34,326 nucleotides of DNA from Candidatus Aenigmatarchaeota archaeon (lineage in GTDB: Archaea > Aenigmatarchaeota > Aenigmatarchaeia > GW2011-AR5). Below are positions 25,146 to 32,818 of the stretch, piece after piece. The position numbers and the translations under genes are program-made. The first letter of the stretch is position 1; each line of letters begins with the position of its first letter. The notes beneath the pieces were generated by a model. The model saw nothing but the letters and a program-made list of their open reading frames with translations. It was not told the DNA's origin and made no database searches. The stretch is from the NCBI GenBank assembly GCA_016187365.1, contig JACPJX010000018.1, positions 1 through 34,326 on the forward strand, read 5' to 3'.

Positions 25146-25736
25146 CTAAATAATGGTTACCTGAACGACGGTGCTGACCACGCTTCTCCCGCCAGATACT
25201 GTCCCTTCTGTTCCCGTGTTTTCAAGGATTATGTCGTGCGACTCGCCGGAGACCGCCCTCTCGCCCTGGAGTTCCAGCAGGAAAGACCTCGTGCCTGCGT
25301 CCAGCCTGATGTACCTCAGCGAATACGTCGTGGTGTACCTTGACTCGCCGGTGCTTTTGACGCAGAGAACCTCGGAATCCTTCTTCCCCCACTCCCCGCT
25401 CTGGGAACTGCATGCATTCCTGCCGAGGGGTATCTCCGCGTTCGTCGCGTAGACCGTCCCGTCTGTCTCTATCGTGTACGTGAAAAGGCCCCCGTCGGCC
25501 GGGTCGAACCTCAGTATGCCAGGCCCTGTTACCGTGATCTTGTCCCTTCCGCCGTTGTTCGCGACGCTTTTTGCCTTTTCGTTGATGCTCCTTATCAATT
25601 GCTCCGAATTCTCCAGCAGTGAGATGTCGCGGTTTTTCTGTATCAGCGGGAGGCCCCAGAAATATACCGAACTCACAACGCCTATAAGGATCCCTGATAT
25701 GAGGACAAGCGATATGGCCTGCGTCTGGCCCTTCAT
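25146..25736 (-). CDS. type IV pilin-like protein (class III signal peptide)
   Basis: The N-terminus is MKG|QTQAISLVLISGILIGVVSSVYFW. This is the first gene of the cluster. Confidence 0.75.
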   Translation of the reverse strand: MKGQTQAISLVLISGILIGVVSSVYFWGLPLIQKNRDISLLENSEQLIRSINEKAKSVANNGGRDKITVTGPGILRFDPADGGLFTYTIETDGTVYATNAEIPLGRNACSSQSGEWGKKDSEVLCVKSTGESRYTTTYSLRYIRLDAGTRSFLLELQGERAVSGESHDIILENTGTEGTVSGGRSVVSTVVQVTII

Positions 25737-25758
25737 GAATTAAATAGGAGGCGGGCGG

Positions 25759-25766
25759 TATAAAAA
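25759..25766 (-). promoter_or_regulatory. TATA-like box of the pilus operon
   Basis: On the minus strand, TTTTTATA lies 23-30 nt upstream of the ATG at 25736. No SD is present, so the geometry suggests a leaderless transcript. Confidence 0.4.
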
Positions 25767-25801
25767 GAATTGCTGCAAGGAGCATTGTGATTGTATTGCA
25801 A

Positions 25802-26224
25802 TCAGAATCCGGGCTGCGCCGGGACAGGCCTTCTCTGGACCTGCTGGACGGGTTTTGGCATCTTCATCCTCGCAATGTTCGAGAGCGCTATCGCGTTGAG
25901 CCTCTTTTCTATCTTGTCGAGCTTCCTTTCCATCTCGTCGTCCTGCTTCGCCGGCTCGGACTCCCCGACGACCTCTATCTTGCTCATGAAATCGTTTAAC
26001 CTCGCCGTCATCTGGCTCACTGCATTCGAGAGTTCGGAGACCTTCGCCATCATCTCCGAGTTCACCTTCACGATGTCCTCCACTATGGCCTGGTTTGTCT
26101 TCACCACATCGACGAGCTCCTTCATCATCTCGTTGCTTGTCCCGCCCTTCTCGACCCTGTCAAGCCGCTTCTCCAGCTTGCGGATAGGGCTGAGGGGTAT
26201 CAGTTCGTACTCTTCCTCATGCAT
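25802..26224 (-). CDS. hypothetical coiled-coil protein (140 aa)
   Basis: The start was moved to ATG 26224 (MHEEEYELIPLSPIRKLEKRLDRVEKGG...). On the minus strand, TTTTTATA (26247-26254) lies 23-30 nt upstream. The sequence is heptad-rich. Confidence 0.6.
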   Translation of the reverse strand: MHEEEYELIPLSPIRKLEKRLDRVEKGGTSNEMMKELVDVVKTNQAIVEDIVKVNSEMMAKVSELSNAVSQMTARLNDFMSKIEVVGESEPAKQDDEMERKLDKIEKRLNAIALSNIARMKMPKPVQQVQRRPVPAQPGF

Positions 26225-26311
26225 GATAAATATGTGTCGGGGGCTGTATAAAAAGATTATTCGGAATCCGGGTGATTCGTGGCTATGATGTGCATGGAAT
26301 GAACTTATCTG

Positions 26312-26333
26312 CAAAGGCATTATAATGCCTTTG
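26312..26333 (-). terminator. perfect 22-nt palindrome CAAAGGCATTA|TAATGCCTTTG downstream of the thermosome gene
   Basis: Read directly from the sequence. It begins 37 nt past the thermosome stop. Confidence 0.4.
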
Positions 26334-26369
26334 AGATGATAAAGATATATCAACTAATGCTATCTTTGA

Positions 26370-28013
26370 TCATTCCATGTCGCCCATATCGCCGCCCGGA
26401 GGCATTCCACCAGGTGGCATCCCGCCGCCGGAAGACTTCGCCGTTATGACGTCGTCTATCCTCAGTATCATCTCTGTTGCCTCGGAAGCGGACTTCAGTG
26501 CCTGCGTCTTTATCTTAAGGGGCTCTATGACGCCGGCCTCCTTCATGTCCATGGTGCCGCCGTTGAACACGTCGACGCCGTGGTTTTTATTGCCTTTCTC
26601 ATGGAGCGTCCTCAAGCTTACAAGAATGTCTATCGGGTCCTTGCCCGTGCTTTCCGCAAGGGTCCTTGGCACTATTTCAACGGCCTCGGCGAACGATGTT
26701 ATCGCCAGCTGCTCCCTCCCGCCGACAGTCTCCGCGTATTCCTTGAGCAGGCGCGAAATCTCTATTTCCACCGCCCCGCCCCCTGACACGACCTTCCCGA
26801 CTTCCAGCGCGACCGCCACCCCGAGGACTGCATCGTCCATCGCCCTCTTCACTTCCTCGACTACATGCTCGGTGCCGCCCCGCACGAGTATTGACACGGC
26901 CTTCGGCTCCTTGCATTCCCTGACGAAAATCATCTGCTCCCCGGCTATCTTCCTCTCTTCGACTATGCCGGCGAACCCGAAGTCGTCCTTCGCGAGTTCG
27001 TCCACGCTTGAGGCTATCTTCCCGCCGGTGGCCCTCGCCAGTTTTTCCATGTCGCTCTTCTTGACGCGCCTCGCGGCCATTATGCCCTCCTTTGCGAGGT
27101 AGTGCTGGGCGAGGTCGTCTATTCCCTTCTGGCACAGGACGACGTTGCACCCGCTTGCCACGACTTTCTTCACCATGTCCTTCAGCATCTTCGACTCCTG
27201 GTCCAGAAATGCCTGAAGCTGGTCAGGAGAAGTAATCCTTATTTCAGCATTGGTTTCGGTGTCCTTCACTTCGAGGGCGCAGTCGAGAAGCGCTATTTTC
27301 GCGCTCTTCACGGTTTTCGGCATGTTCGGGTGCACTACTTCCTTGTCTATTACTATGCCCCTTATGAGTTCCGCGTCCTCTATGCTGCCGCCCTGCTTTT
27401 TCTCTATTTTTATGTTGTCCTTGTCTATGATTATTTTTCCGTCTTTCTTTTCCGCGACTATCTTCACCGCTTCTACGGCGATTTTCGCCAGACTCTCCTT
27501 TGCCGATTCGCCGCCCTTTCCTGTCATGGCTGTCATGGCTATTTTTTCAAGGTCCCTGGCGTTCTCAATCGATATGTCGTCGGCGTACGATTCCAGCGCC
27601 TCCAGGGCCTTGTTCTTTGCCATTCTGAATCCGCGTATAATCATCGTGGGATGAATGCCCTCTTCAATGAGCTGCTCCGCTTTCTTCAGGAGTTCGCCTG
27701 TTATCACCACAGCGGTAGTGGTGCCGTCCCCGACCTCGTCTTCCTGCGTCTTTGAGACTTCGACTATCATCTTTGCCGCCGGATGCTCGATGTCCATTTC
27801 GCCCAGTATGGTGGCGCCGTCATTCGTTATTGTAACGTCGCCTATGCTGTCAACCAGCATCTTGTCCATGCCCTTCGGGCCCAGGGTTGTGCGGACGCTT
27901 TCCGCAACCACCTTCGCGGCCGCGATATTGCGCGACTGCGCGTCCCTTCCGGTATTCCTCAGGGTGCCTTCCGGCAATATGAAAATAGGCTGCCCTGCAA
28001 GTTGTCCTGCCAT
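26370..28013 (-). CDS. ths: thermosome subunit (group II chaperonin)
   Basis: The protein is 547 aa with the motifs [20 protein letters not shown] and [10 protein letters not shown], and a [18 protein letters not shown] tail. A strong SD (AAGGAGGT) lies 8 nt upstream. Confidence 0.97.
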   Translation of the reverse strand: MAGQLAGQPIFILPEGTLRNTGRDAQSRNIAAAKVVAESVRTTLGPKGMDKMLVDSIGDVTITNDGATILGEMDIEHPAAKMIVEVSKTQEDEVGDGTTTAVVITGELLKKAEQLIEEGIHPTMIIRGFRMAKNKALEALESYADDISIENARDLEKIAMTAMTGKGGESAKESLAKIAVEAVKIVAEKKDGKIIIDKDNIKIEKKQGGSIEDAELIRGIVIDKEVVHPNMPKTVKSAKIALLDCALEVKDTETNAEIRITSPDQLQAFLDQESKMLKDMVKKVVASGCNVVLCQKGIDDLAQHYLAKEGIMAARRVKKSDMEKLARATGGKIASSVDELAKDDFGFAGIVEERKIAGEQMIFVRECKEPKAVSILVRGGTEHVVEEVKRAMDDAVLGVAVALEVGKVVSGGGAVEIEISRLLKEYAETVGGREQLAITSFAEAVEIVPRTLAESTGKDPIDILVSLRTLHEKGNKNHGVDVFNGGTMDMKEAGVIEPLKIKTQALKSASEATEMILRIDDVITAKSSGGGMPPGGMPPGGDMGDME

Positions 28014-28038
28014 GTCATTCTACCTCCTTGGAAATGTG

Positions 28039-28085
28039 CAAAAGCCATTTGGCTTTTGACATATCAAAGGAATTTTATTCCTTTG
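28039..28085 (-). promoter_or_regulatory. two adjacent perfect palindromes upstream of the thermosome gene and downstream of the HTH gene
   Basis: CAAAAGCCA-TT-TGGCTTTTG occupies 28039-28058 and CAAAGGAAT-TTT-ATTCCTTTG occupies 28065-28085. They could be operators or the terminator hairpins of the upstream gene. Confidence 0.35.
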
Positions 28086-28142
28086 AAGATGTGCATGAAA
28101 GTATACTGCATAAGTCTTTAAAAACCCTTCGATTGCAAGAAA

Positions 28143-29021
28143 TTACCATCTTCTGGCGAACTTCCTTATGTCTCTGGCGCTCATGTCCCTGAAAGATTTC
28201 TCGTCCACGGAGGGTATTTCGGCGTCCACTTCAGACTTGCTTATGGCGATTATCGGCCTGCCTGATATCTCGGAGAATCTTCTCAGCGACTCGGCGTTCT
28301 TTTCTATCCTTCCGGGGATTTCGTCCGCCTCTGACATGACGGCGAACTTCCTCTCCTCGGCTATTATGTTTACAGGCGACTGCCTGACTATGCTGGTGCT
28401 GAATCCGAGTTTTTTCAGGTTCCTGTATACGAATGACTCGAACCTGTTCTCCGGCCTGTTCTCCTCCCCTCCTCTTTTCACGTCCATCTTTGCGCTTTCT
28501 ATTATGCCTTTCCCGAGCACCCTTTCCATTGCGAGCGCATTTTCGTAGCTCATTTTGAGCCTTGACTTCTCGTGCTCGTATACGCTTTTCTTCGTGACGC
28601 CCACCCTTTCGGCAAGCTCCTTCTGGCTCATGCCGGAACGGATTCTCCTCCTCCTCATGACGTCAGAACTTATATCCACGAAAAGGCCGCCCCTCCTCCT
28701 GTAAATAACCGGGATTTCGTTCTCCACGACGCTTTCAAATGTGTTAACGTTCATGGCCGGTATGTCAAACCTTTCATATATTATGTCGTCCTGGAGGATT
28801 TCCCTCCTAGTAGTGGAGCCGACTACCATGGCCTCGGTGCTTATTTCGCCGGATATTATCTTGAGGTTCTTCGCCTGCTCTTCGCTGAACGAGTCTATAT
28901 TATTCAGGACCTTGATCAGGATAACTCGCCTTTTCCTGGCCGCTATGTCAAAGCAGCCCCTGTACTCGCAGTAACTGAAGCCGTTCTTTTCCAGCACGCC
29001 CTCGACTTTTTGCATCAGCAT
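28143..29021 (-). CDS. archaeal HTH (XRE-type) transcriptional regulator, COG1395-like
   Basis: A central HTH is present (MSQKELAERVGVTKKSVYEHEKSR), flanked by the conserved N- and C-terminal domains typical of this archaeal family. Confidence 0.8.
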   Translation of the reverse strand: MLMQKVEGVLEKNGFSYCEYRGCFDIAARKRRVILIKVLNNIDSFSEEQAKNLKIISGEISTEAMVVGSTTRREILQDDIIYERFDIPAMNVNTFESVVENEIPVIYRRRGGLFVDISSDVMRRRRIRSGMSQKELAERVGVTKKSVYEHEKSRLKMSYENALAMERVLGKGIIESAKMDVKRGGEENRPENRFESFVYRNLKKLGFSTSIVRQSPVNIIAEERKFAVMSEADEIPGRIEKNAESLRRFSEISGRPIIAISKSEVDAEIPSVDEKSFRDMSARDIRKFARRW

Positions 29022-29126
29022 AGATTCACTATCGTTTCAAGGTTTATAAGATTGTGACAAAGAAAAGGTACGTAAGGGCCGGTATCTTGAAAATGGAATT
29101 TTCGAGATCTCGGCTCTTGAAATCGC

Positions 29127-29263
29127 GGGCCGGTAGCTTAGGCTGGTAGAGCACCTGTCTTATATGACGTATTTTGATAACAGGATAAATCAAAATATCG
29201 CTCGAAGCCAACAGGAGAACGTCGGATGTCCTGAAGTCGTGAGTTCAAATCTCATCCGGCCCA
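29127..29263 (+). tRNA. tRNA-Ile(UAU) with a 45-nt canonical intron and an about 18-nt second insertion in the variable/T-arm junction
   Basis: The plus strand reads GGGCCGG-TA-GCTT-AGGCTGGTA-GAGC-A-CCTGT-CTTATA[TGACGTATTTTGAT...ATCAAAATATCGCTCGAAGCC]A-ACAGG-AG..[extra]..GTC-GTGAG-TTCAAAT-CTCAT-CCGGCCC-A. Confidence 0.7.
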
Positions 29264-29725
29264 TTATCCCAGATACGCGGACCTGTCCTTCTTGAACTTG
29301 AGGTCGCTCCAGGCTGACGACATCTTGACGGAGAATTTGAGGAGCTTTTCCTGCATCTCGCCGTTCCACAGTTCCCATGTCTTCTTTATCCATTCGGCCG
29401 TCTTCTTGTCGTCCGGGGATATCATCAGAGTGTTGTTTTCCCATTTCAGCATCTGTATCTTCTTATACAGCTCGAAAAGTTCCCGCCTTTCGGCGCCTGT
29501 CACCATGTTCTGCTCGTACATGCATGAGAAGGAGTCGATGCCGCCTATGACGGGCTCTATTATCCTTTCGCTGAACATGAAAAGTTTCTCGGACATCTCG
29601 TTCCTTATCTGTTCGAATATCTTGTCGTCTTCCTCGAATTCTATCTTGAACTTTTCCTTCAGTTCGTTGAGGTGCGGGAGGCGCATTTCCGCCTGCATCT
29701 TCTGGTACTTGCCGTCGTCATTCAT
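29264..29725 (-). CDS. hypothetical protein (153 aa)
   Basis: ATG ORF with TTTTATA (29748-29754, minus strand) 23-29 nt upstream. Its stop codon abuts the tRNA-Ile 3' end. No family was recognised. Confidence 0.55.
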   Translation of the reverse strand: MNDDGKYQKMQAEMRLPHLNELKEKFKIEFEEDDKIFEQIRNEMSEKLFMFSERIIEPVIGGIDSFSCMYEQNMVTGAERRELFELYKKIQMLKWENNTLMISPDDKKTAEWIKKTWELWNGEMQEKLLKFSVKMSSAWSDLKFKKDRSAYLG

Positions 29726-29852
29726 AGATAAGAGATGGAAACTGAACTATAAAAGGATTTTCTGTCTCGAAAAGATATTTTTTCGCGCAAAAAATGCATT
29801 TCGCCAGCCTTACGGAAAGAGTTTTTATGCGTTCCAGATGAAAAGAAAGCAC

Positions 29853-29941
29853 GGGCCTGTGGTCTAGTGGTATCCGCAAAGACACGAGATGATGCTTGCC
29901 TCACACGCAAGAGGTCGCAGGTTCAATTCCTGCCGGGCCCA
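29853..29941 (+). tRNA. tRNA-Val(CAC) with about 15-nt insertion in the D-arm region
   Basis: The plus strand reads GGGCCTG-TG-GTCT-AGTGGTAT..[about 15 extra nt]..G-CTTGC-CTCACAC-GCAAG-AGGTC-GCAGG-TTCAATT-CCTGC-CGGGCCC-A. A TTTTTAT box lies at 29822-29828. The exact splice junction is unresolved. Confidence 0.8.
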
Positions 29942-30270
29942 TTAATAATGGAGATTTTGCCGCCGATATTAGTTTTACATACCCCTTTCTTCATCTCGAG
30001 GCAGTATTTTGCGCCGCGGCATGAATAAGTTCTCCATGTCTTCATATCAAAGGTCATGGGCACGGCAGGTTCTTTTTTTATTATCGTAAGGTTTTTGTCA
30101 AGGAAGAACAGGTCAAGTTCGCGCTTCACGAATGGCATCCATATGCTGCTGCCGCGCACAAGCGCGCCGTCGATGCCGCGCATGCCGTCAAACATCAGGC
30201 CCCGAATGCACGAGATGCCGCGGCAGTCCTTCACGCAGAATGTTTTCTTTCCGATGCATATCTTCATCAA
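29923..30270 (-). CDS. DUF192-family protein
   Basis: The motif pattern fits COG1430/DUF192 (RGLMF...GAL...IWMPFVKRELDLFFLDKNLTII...YCLEMKKG). The likely ATG is at 30267, because the track start is TTG. Confidence 0.6.
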   Translation of the reverse strand: MMKICIGKKTFCVKDCRGISCIRGLMFDGMRGIDGALVRGSSIWMPFVKRELDLFFLDKNLTIIKKEPAVPMTFDMKTWRTYSCRGAKYCLEMKKGVCKTNIGGKISIINGPGRN

Positions 30271-30300
30271 TCATTAATAAATTAGATGCATAAAAAAAGC

Positions 30301-31518
30301 ATGAGGGTCATTGCAGATTTGCAGATACACTCCAAGTATTCAAGGGCCACTTCTCCGGACATGACGATAGAGGAGATATCAAAATGGTCGAAGGTCAAGG
30401 GCCTAGGCCTTACAGGCACAGGGGATTTCACACATCCGGCATGGCTGGAAAACCTGAAGAAGAAATTGAGCGGTGACGGCATTTACGAATACGACGGCAC
30501 GAAGTTCATGCTTACGGGGGAGATATCTCTCATATACACAGACAAAAAACAGCGCCGCGTTCACCTTCTGCTCCATGCCCCGTCATTCGATGTCGTAGAC
30601 CAGATGAACGAATGGCTTGACAAAAAAGGCCGCAGGGATTATGACGGCAGGCCGGTCTTCGGCTTCTCGTGCACTGAATTCACGGAGGCGATGATGGAAA
30701 TAAGCAAGGACATAGAAGTGATACCCGCCCATGCATGGACGCCGTGGTTCTCCCTGTTCGGCTCCATGTCAGGCTACGATTCTCTGAAGGAATGCTTTGG
30801 CGACACAGCGAAATACGTGCATGCAATCGAGACCGGTATGAGCAGCGATCCCGCAATGAATTGGAGGCTTTCTCAGCTTGACGGCATCACGCTAGTGAGC
30901 AACAGCGATTCGCATTCGCCTTATCCGTGGCGCCTCGGAAGGGAGTCAAATGTTTTTGACATGAAGGATGATTTTTCCTACATTGATGTCATAGATGCGA
31001 TAAGGACAAGGAAGAATTTCATTTTCACAATAGAGACGCCGCCGGAATACGGGAAATATCATATCGACGGCCACCGTGCATGCAATTTTTCATGCGCACC
31101 CGAGGAGACAAAAAAACTCAAAGGCATTTGCCCGAAGTGCGGCAGGCACATGACGATAGGAGTGCTGAACAGGGTGGAAGAGCTTGCCGACAGGCCTGAA
31201 GGCTTCGGGCCGAAAGACGTGGTTGATTTCAAACGTCTTGTCCCTCTGCACGAACTCATTTCGCATTCGCTTAATGCGGGTGTGGCCACGAAGAAAGTCT
31301 GGGATATTTACAACAAAATGATATCGCAGTTTGGAAATGAGTTCAATATCCTTCTTGATGTTGAAAAGGAGCAAATTTCAAAATATTGTGATGAAAAACT
31401 CACATCCCTGATAATGCGCAACCGCGAAGGCAGGCTTCGCATAACGCCGGGGTATGACGGCGTTTACGGCAGGATCATGGAAGAGAAGGAAAGCCTTGCG
31501 CGTTTCCTAAGACCTTGA
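30301..31518 (+). CDS. endonuclease Q-like PHP-domain nuclease with zinc finger
   Basis: MRVIADLQIHSKYSRATS...GTGDFTHPAW matches the PHP metal-binding N-terminus of the EndoQ family. A CPKCGRHMTIGVLNRVEELAD zinc finger is present. The start was set to Met6 of the track ORF (30286) based on family N-termini and an A/T box about 27 nt upstream. Confidence 0.75.
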   Translation: MRVIADLQIHSKYSRATSPDMTIEEISKWSKVKGLGLTGTGDFTHPAWLENLKKKLSGDGIYEYDGTKFMLTGEISLIYTDKKQRRVHLLLHAPSFDVVDQMNEWLDKKGRRDYDGRPVFGFSCTEFTEAMMEISKDIEVIPAHAWTPWFSLFGSMSGYDSLKECFGDTAKYVHAIETGMSSDPAMNWRLSQLDGITLVSNSDSHSPYPWRLGRESNVFDMKDDFSYIDVIDAIRTRKNFIFTIETPPEYGKYHIDGHRACNFSCAPEETKKLKGICPKCGRHMTIGVLNRVEELADRPEGFGPKDVVDFKRLVPLHELISHSLNAGVATKKVWDIYNKMISQFGNEFNILLDVEKEQISKYCDEKLTSLIMRNREGRLRITPGYDGVYGRIMEEKESLARFLRP

Positions 31519-32757
31519 CGGTCCTATCACGCTCACCGTGGTGTGCTTGTCGACGTAGTACCTGTAGAAGATTTCGAACGTTATGCTTACCGTGCCGACA
31601 GGCGTCGTCTGCCATGCAGCCTTGTCCACCACTACCTTGCATCCGAAGGGCGCCTTGCCGTCGGAGCGCAGTTTCACGAGGTCGGCTACGTAAGGGGTTA
31701 TAAACACCTCGGTCCCGCTCTGGTCAAGGCAGTCGGAGAAGCGGGCTCCAGGGCCGTTTATCTGCATTGTTGCGATGACGAAGCCGCTTTCGACACCGGG
31801 ATCACCAGCTCCTGCCGTGCTTTGTATATTGCTGAATGGCAGCGGATAGCCCTGGCCGACGTTCTGCAGCTCGATGAGGTAATTGAACGTTTCCACAGGG
31901 GTGAATGTCATGTCTGTGCTGATAACCATCGGGCTGGCGCCTCTTGATATGCTGACCTGTATCGGCGCCGCATGCGTATTGACGATGCTCAACGGGGTGT
32001 CAGTGATTTCCCCTATGTCATGCCTTCTCTTGTATTCGGCCTTGCTGTATGCCGGTATGTTTACCTGGGCATTGGAAGTGTAGAAGAATGACGTCCTTGC
32101 TGTGACAGGATAATCCACCTTCAGCCCTTCAGGCAGCAGCGGAGGCTTCAGTGTCCAGTCTGCCGTGAACGACTGCCCTGGCTTGTTCCTTTCAGGAAGG
32201 GGCGGCGAAAGGAAGGGCTCTACCTTTATTCTCTGGGTGTTTAGTGTCGAAATATAAGCGCAGGACTGGCTCACGAACTGGCCGAAAGAGTTCTGTATGG
32301 CAGGCGTGATGCTGTAGCCGCTCGCCGACACCGAAAAGTCTCCGCCCTCAAAGGCCACGTTTACCGCCCTGCTGCCGTCAGGATTCAGTTCGCCGTAGCC
32401 GAAAGAGCCTCCCCACTGCCCGTTGATCCTGTGTATGTTGAATCCAAATATCTGGAATCCCAATGAAACGCCGCTTTGCCCTGCCACGCCTGACAGGCCG
32501 AAAGGCGTGCTGAACGGCACTCCTGCAATGTCGGTCCAGCCTCCCTCGAGCCCGAACAATTCTGTGGTAACGCAGTCCGCGGTCGTGCCGCCGATGTTCT
32601 CGCCGTCCAAGAAGAACCTTACAGTGTCGCCGTATTCCGCGACCTTCGGGTCGGCTGTGAACTCGTTTATCACGATGCCGTTGTTCGGGTTCTTCGCCTG
32701 CGAGACGCAGCCCGCTGCAAAGAGCAGTGCAAGAATGAGCAGGATGTAGTACTTCAT
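31507..32757 (-). CDS. secreted/lipobox-like surface protein, paralog 1 (416 aa, CARDB-like N-domain, Gly-rich insertion)
   Basis: The signal peptide is MKYYILLILALLFAAGC. The protein shares blocks with 32819-33820 (ENIGGT, PPLPERN.PG, NxGxG, terminal V.ITFEI.Y.Y....V.VIG). Confidence 0.8.
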   Translation of the reverse strand: MKYYILLILALLFAAGCVSQAKNPNNGIVINEFTADPKVAEYGDTVRFFLDGENIGGTTADCVTTELFGLEGGWTDIAGVPFSTPFGLSGVAGQSGVSLGFQIFGFNIHRINGQWGGSFGYGELNPDGSRAVNVAFEGGDFSVSASGYSITPAIQNSFGQFVSQSCAYISTLNTQRIKVEPFLSPPLPERNKPGQSFTADWTLKPPLLPEGLKVDYPVTARTSFFYTSNAQVNIPAYSKAEYKRRHDIGEITDTPLSIVNTHAAPIQVSISRGASPMVISTDMTFTPVETFNYLIELQNVGQGYPLPFSNIQSTAGAGDPGVESGFVIATMQINGPGARFSDCLDQSGTEVFITPYVADLVKLRSDGKAPFGCKVVVDKAAWQTTPVGTVSITFEIFYRYYVDKHTTVSVIGPSRS

Positions 32758-32818
32758 TTTCTCACTGAATAACTATAGAAATGGCTGTATATAAATCAAG
32801 TTGAAAATGCTGGTTGAG

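Noticed and set aside
25802-25815. C-terminal PGF of the coiled-coil protein as a PGF-CTERM archaeosortase signal
   Set aside because: A PGF-CTERM signal requires a TM helix and a basic tail after PGF. Here the protein ends at PGF and has no signal peptide.
26225-26353. N-terminal 43 aa of ORF 25802-26353
   Set aside because: This stretch contains the TATA-like box and the thermosome-distal palindrome. The downstream Met44 has proper promoter spacing.
29157-29216. Alternative reading of the tRNA-Ile anticodon (intron placed earlier, giving AGC or another anticodon)
   Set aside because: That placement would put a non-U at position 33 or a pyrimidine at position 37. The acceptor lacks the G3:U70 Ala identity pair. 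The canonical 37/38 placement gives a regular loop (C-U-UAU-A-A).
29190-29444. 84-aa ORF overlapping the tRNA-Ile 3' half
   Set aside because: It overlaps both the tRNA and the better-supported 29264-29725 ORF, and it has no motifs.
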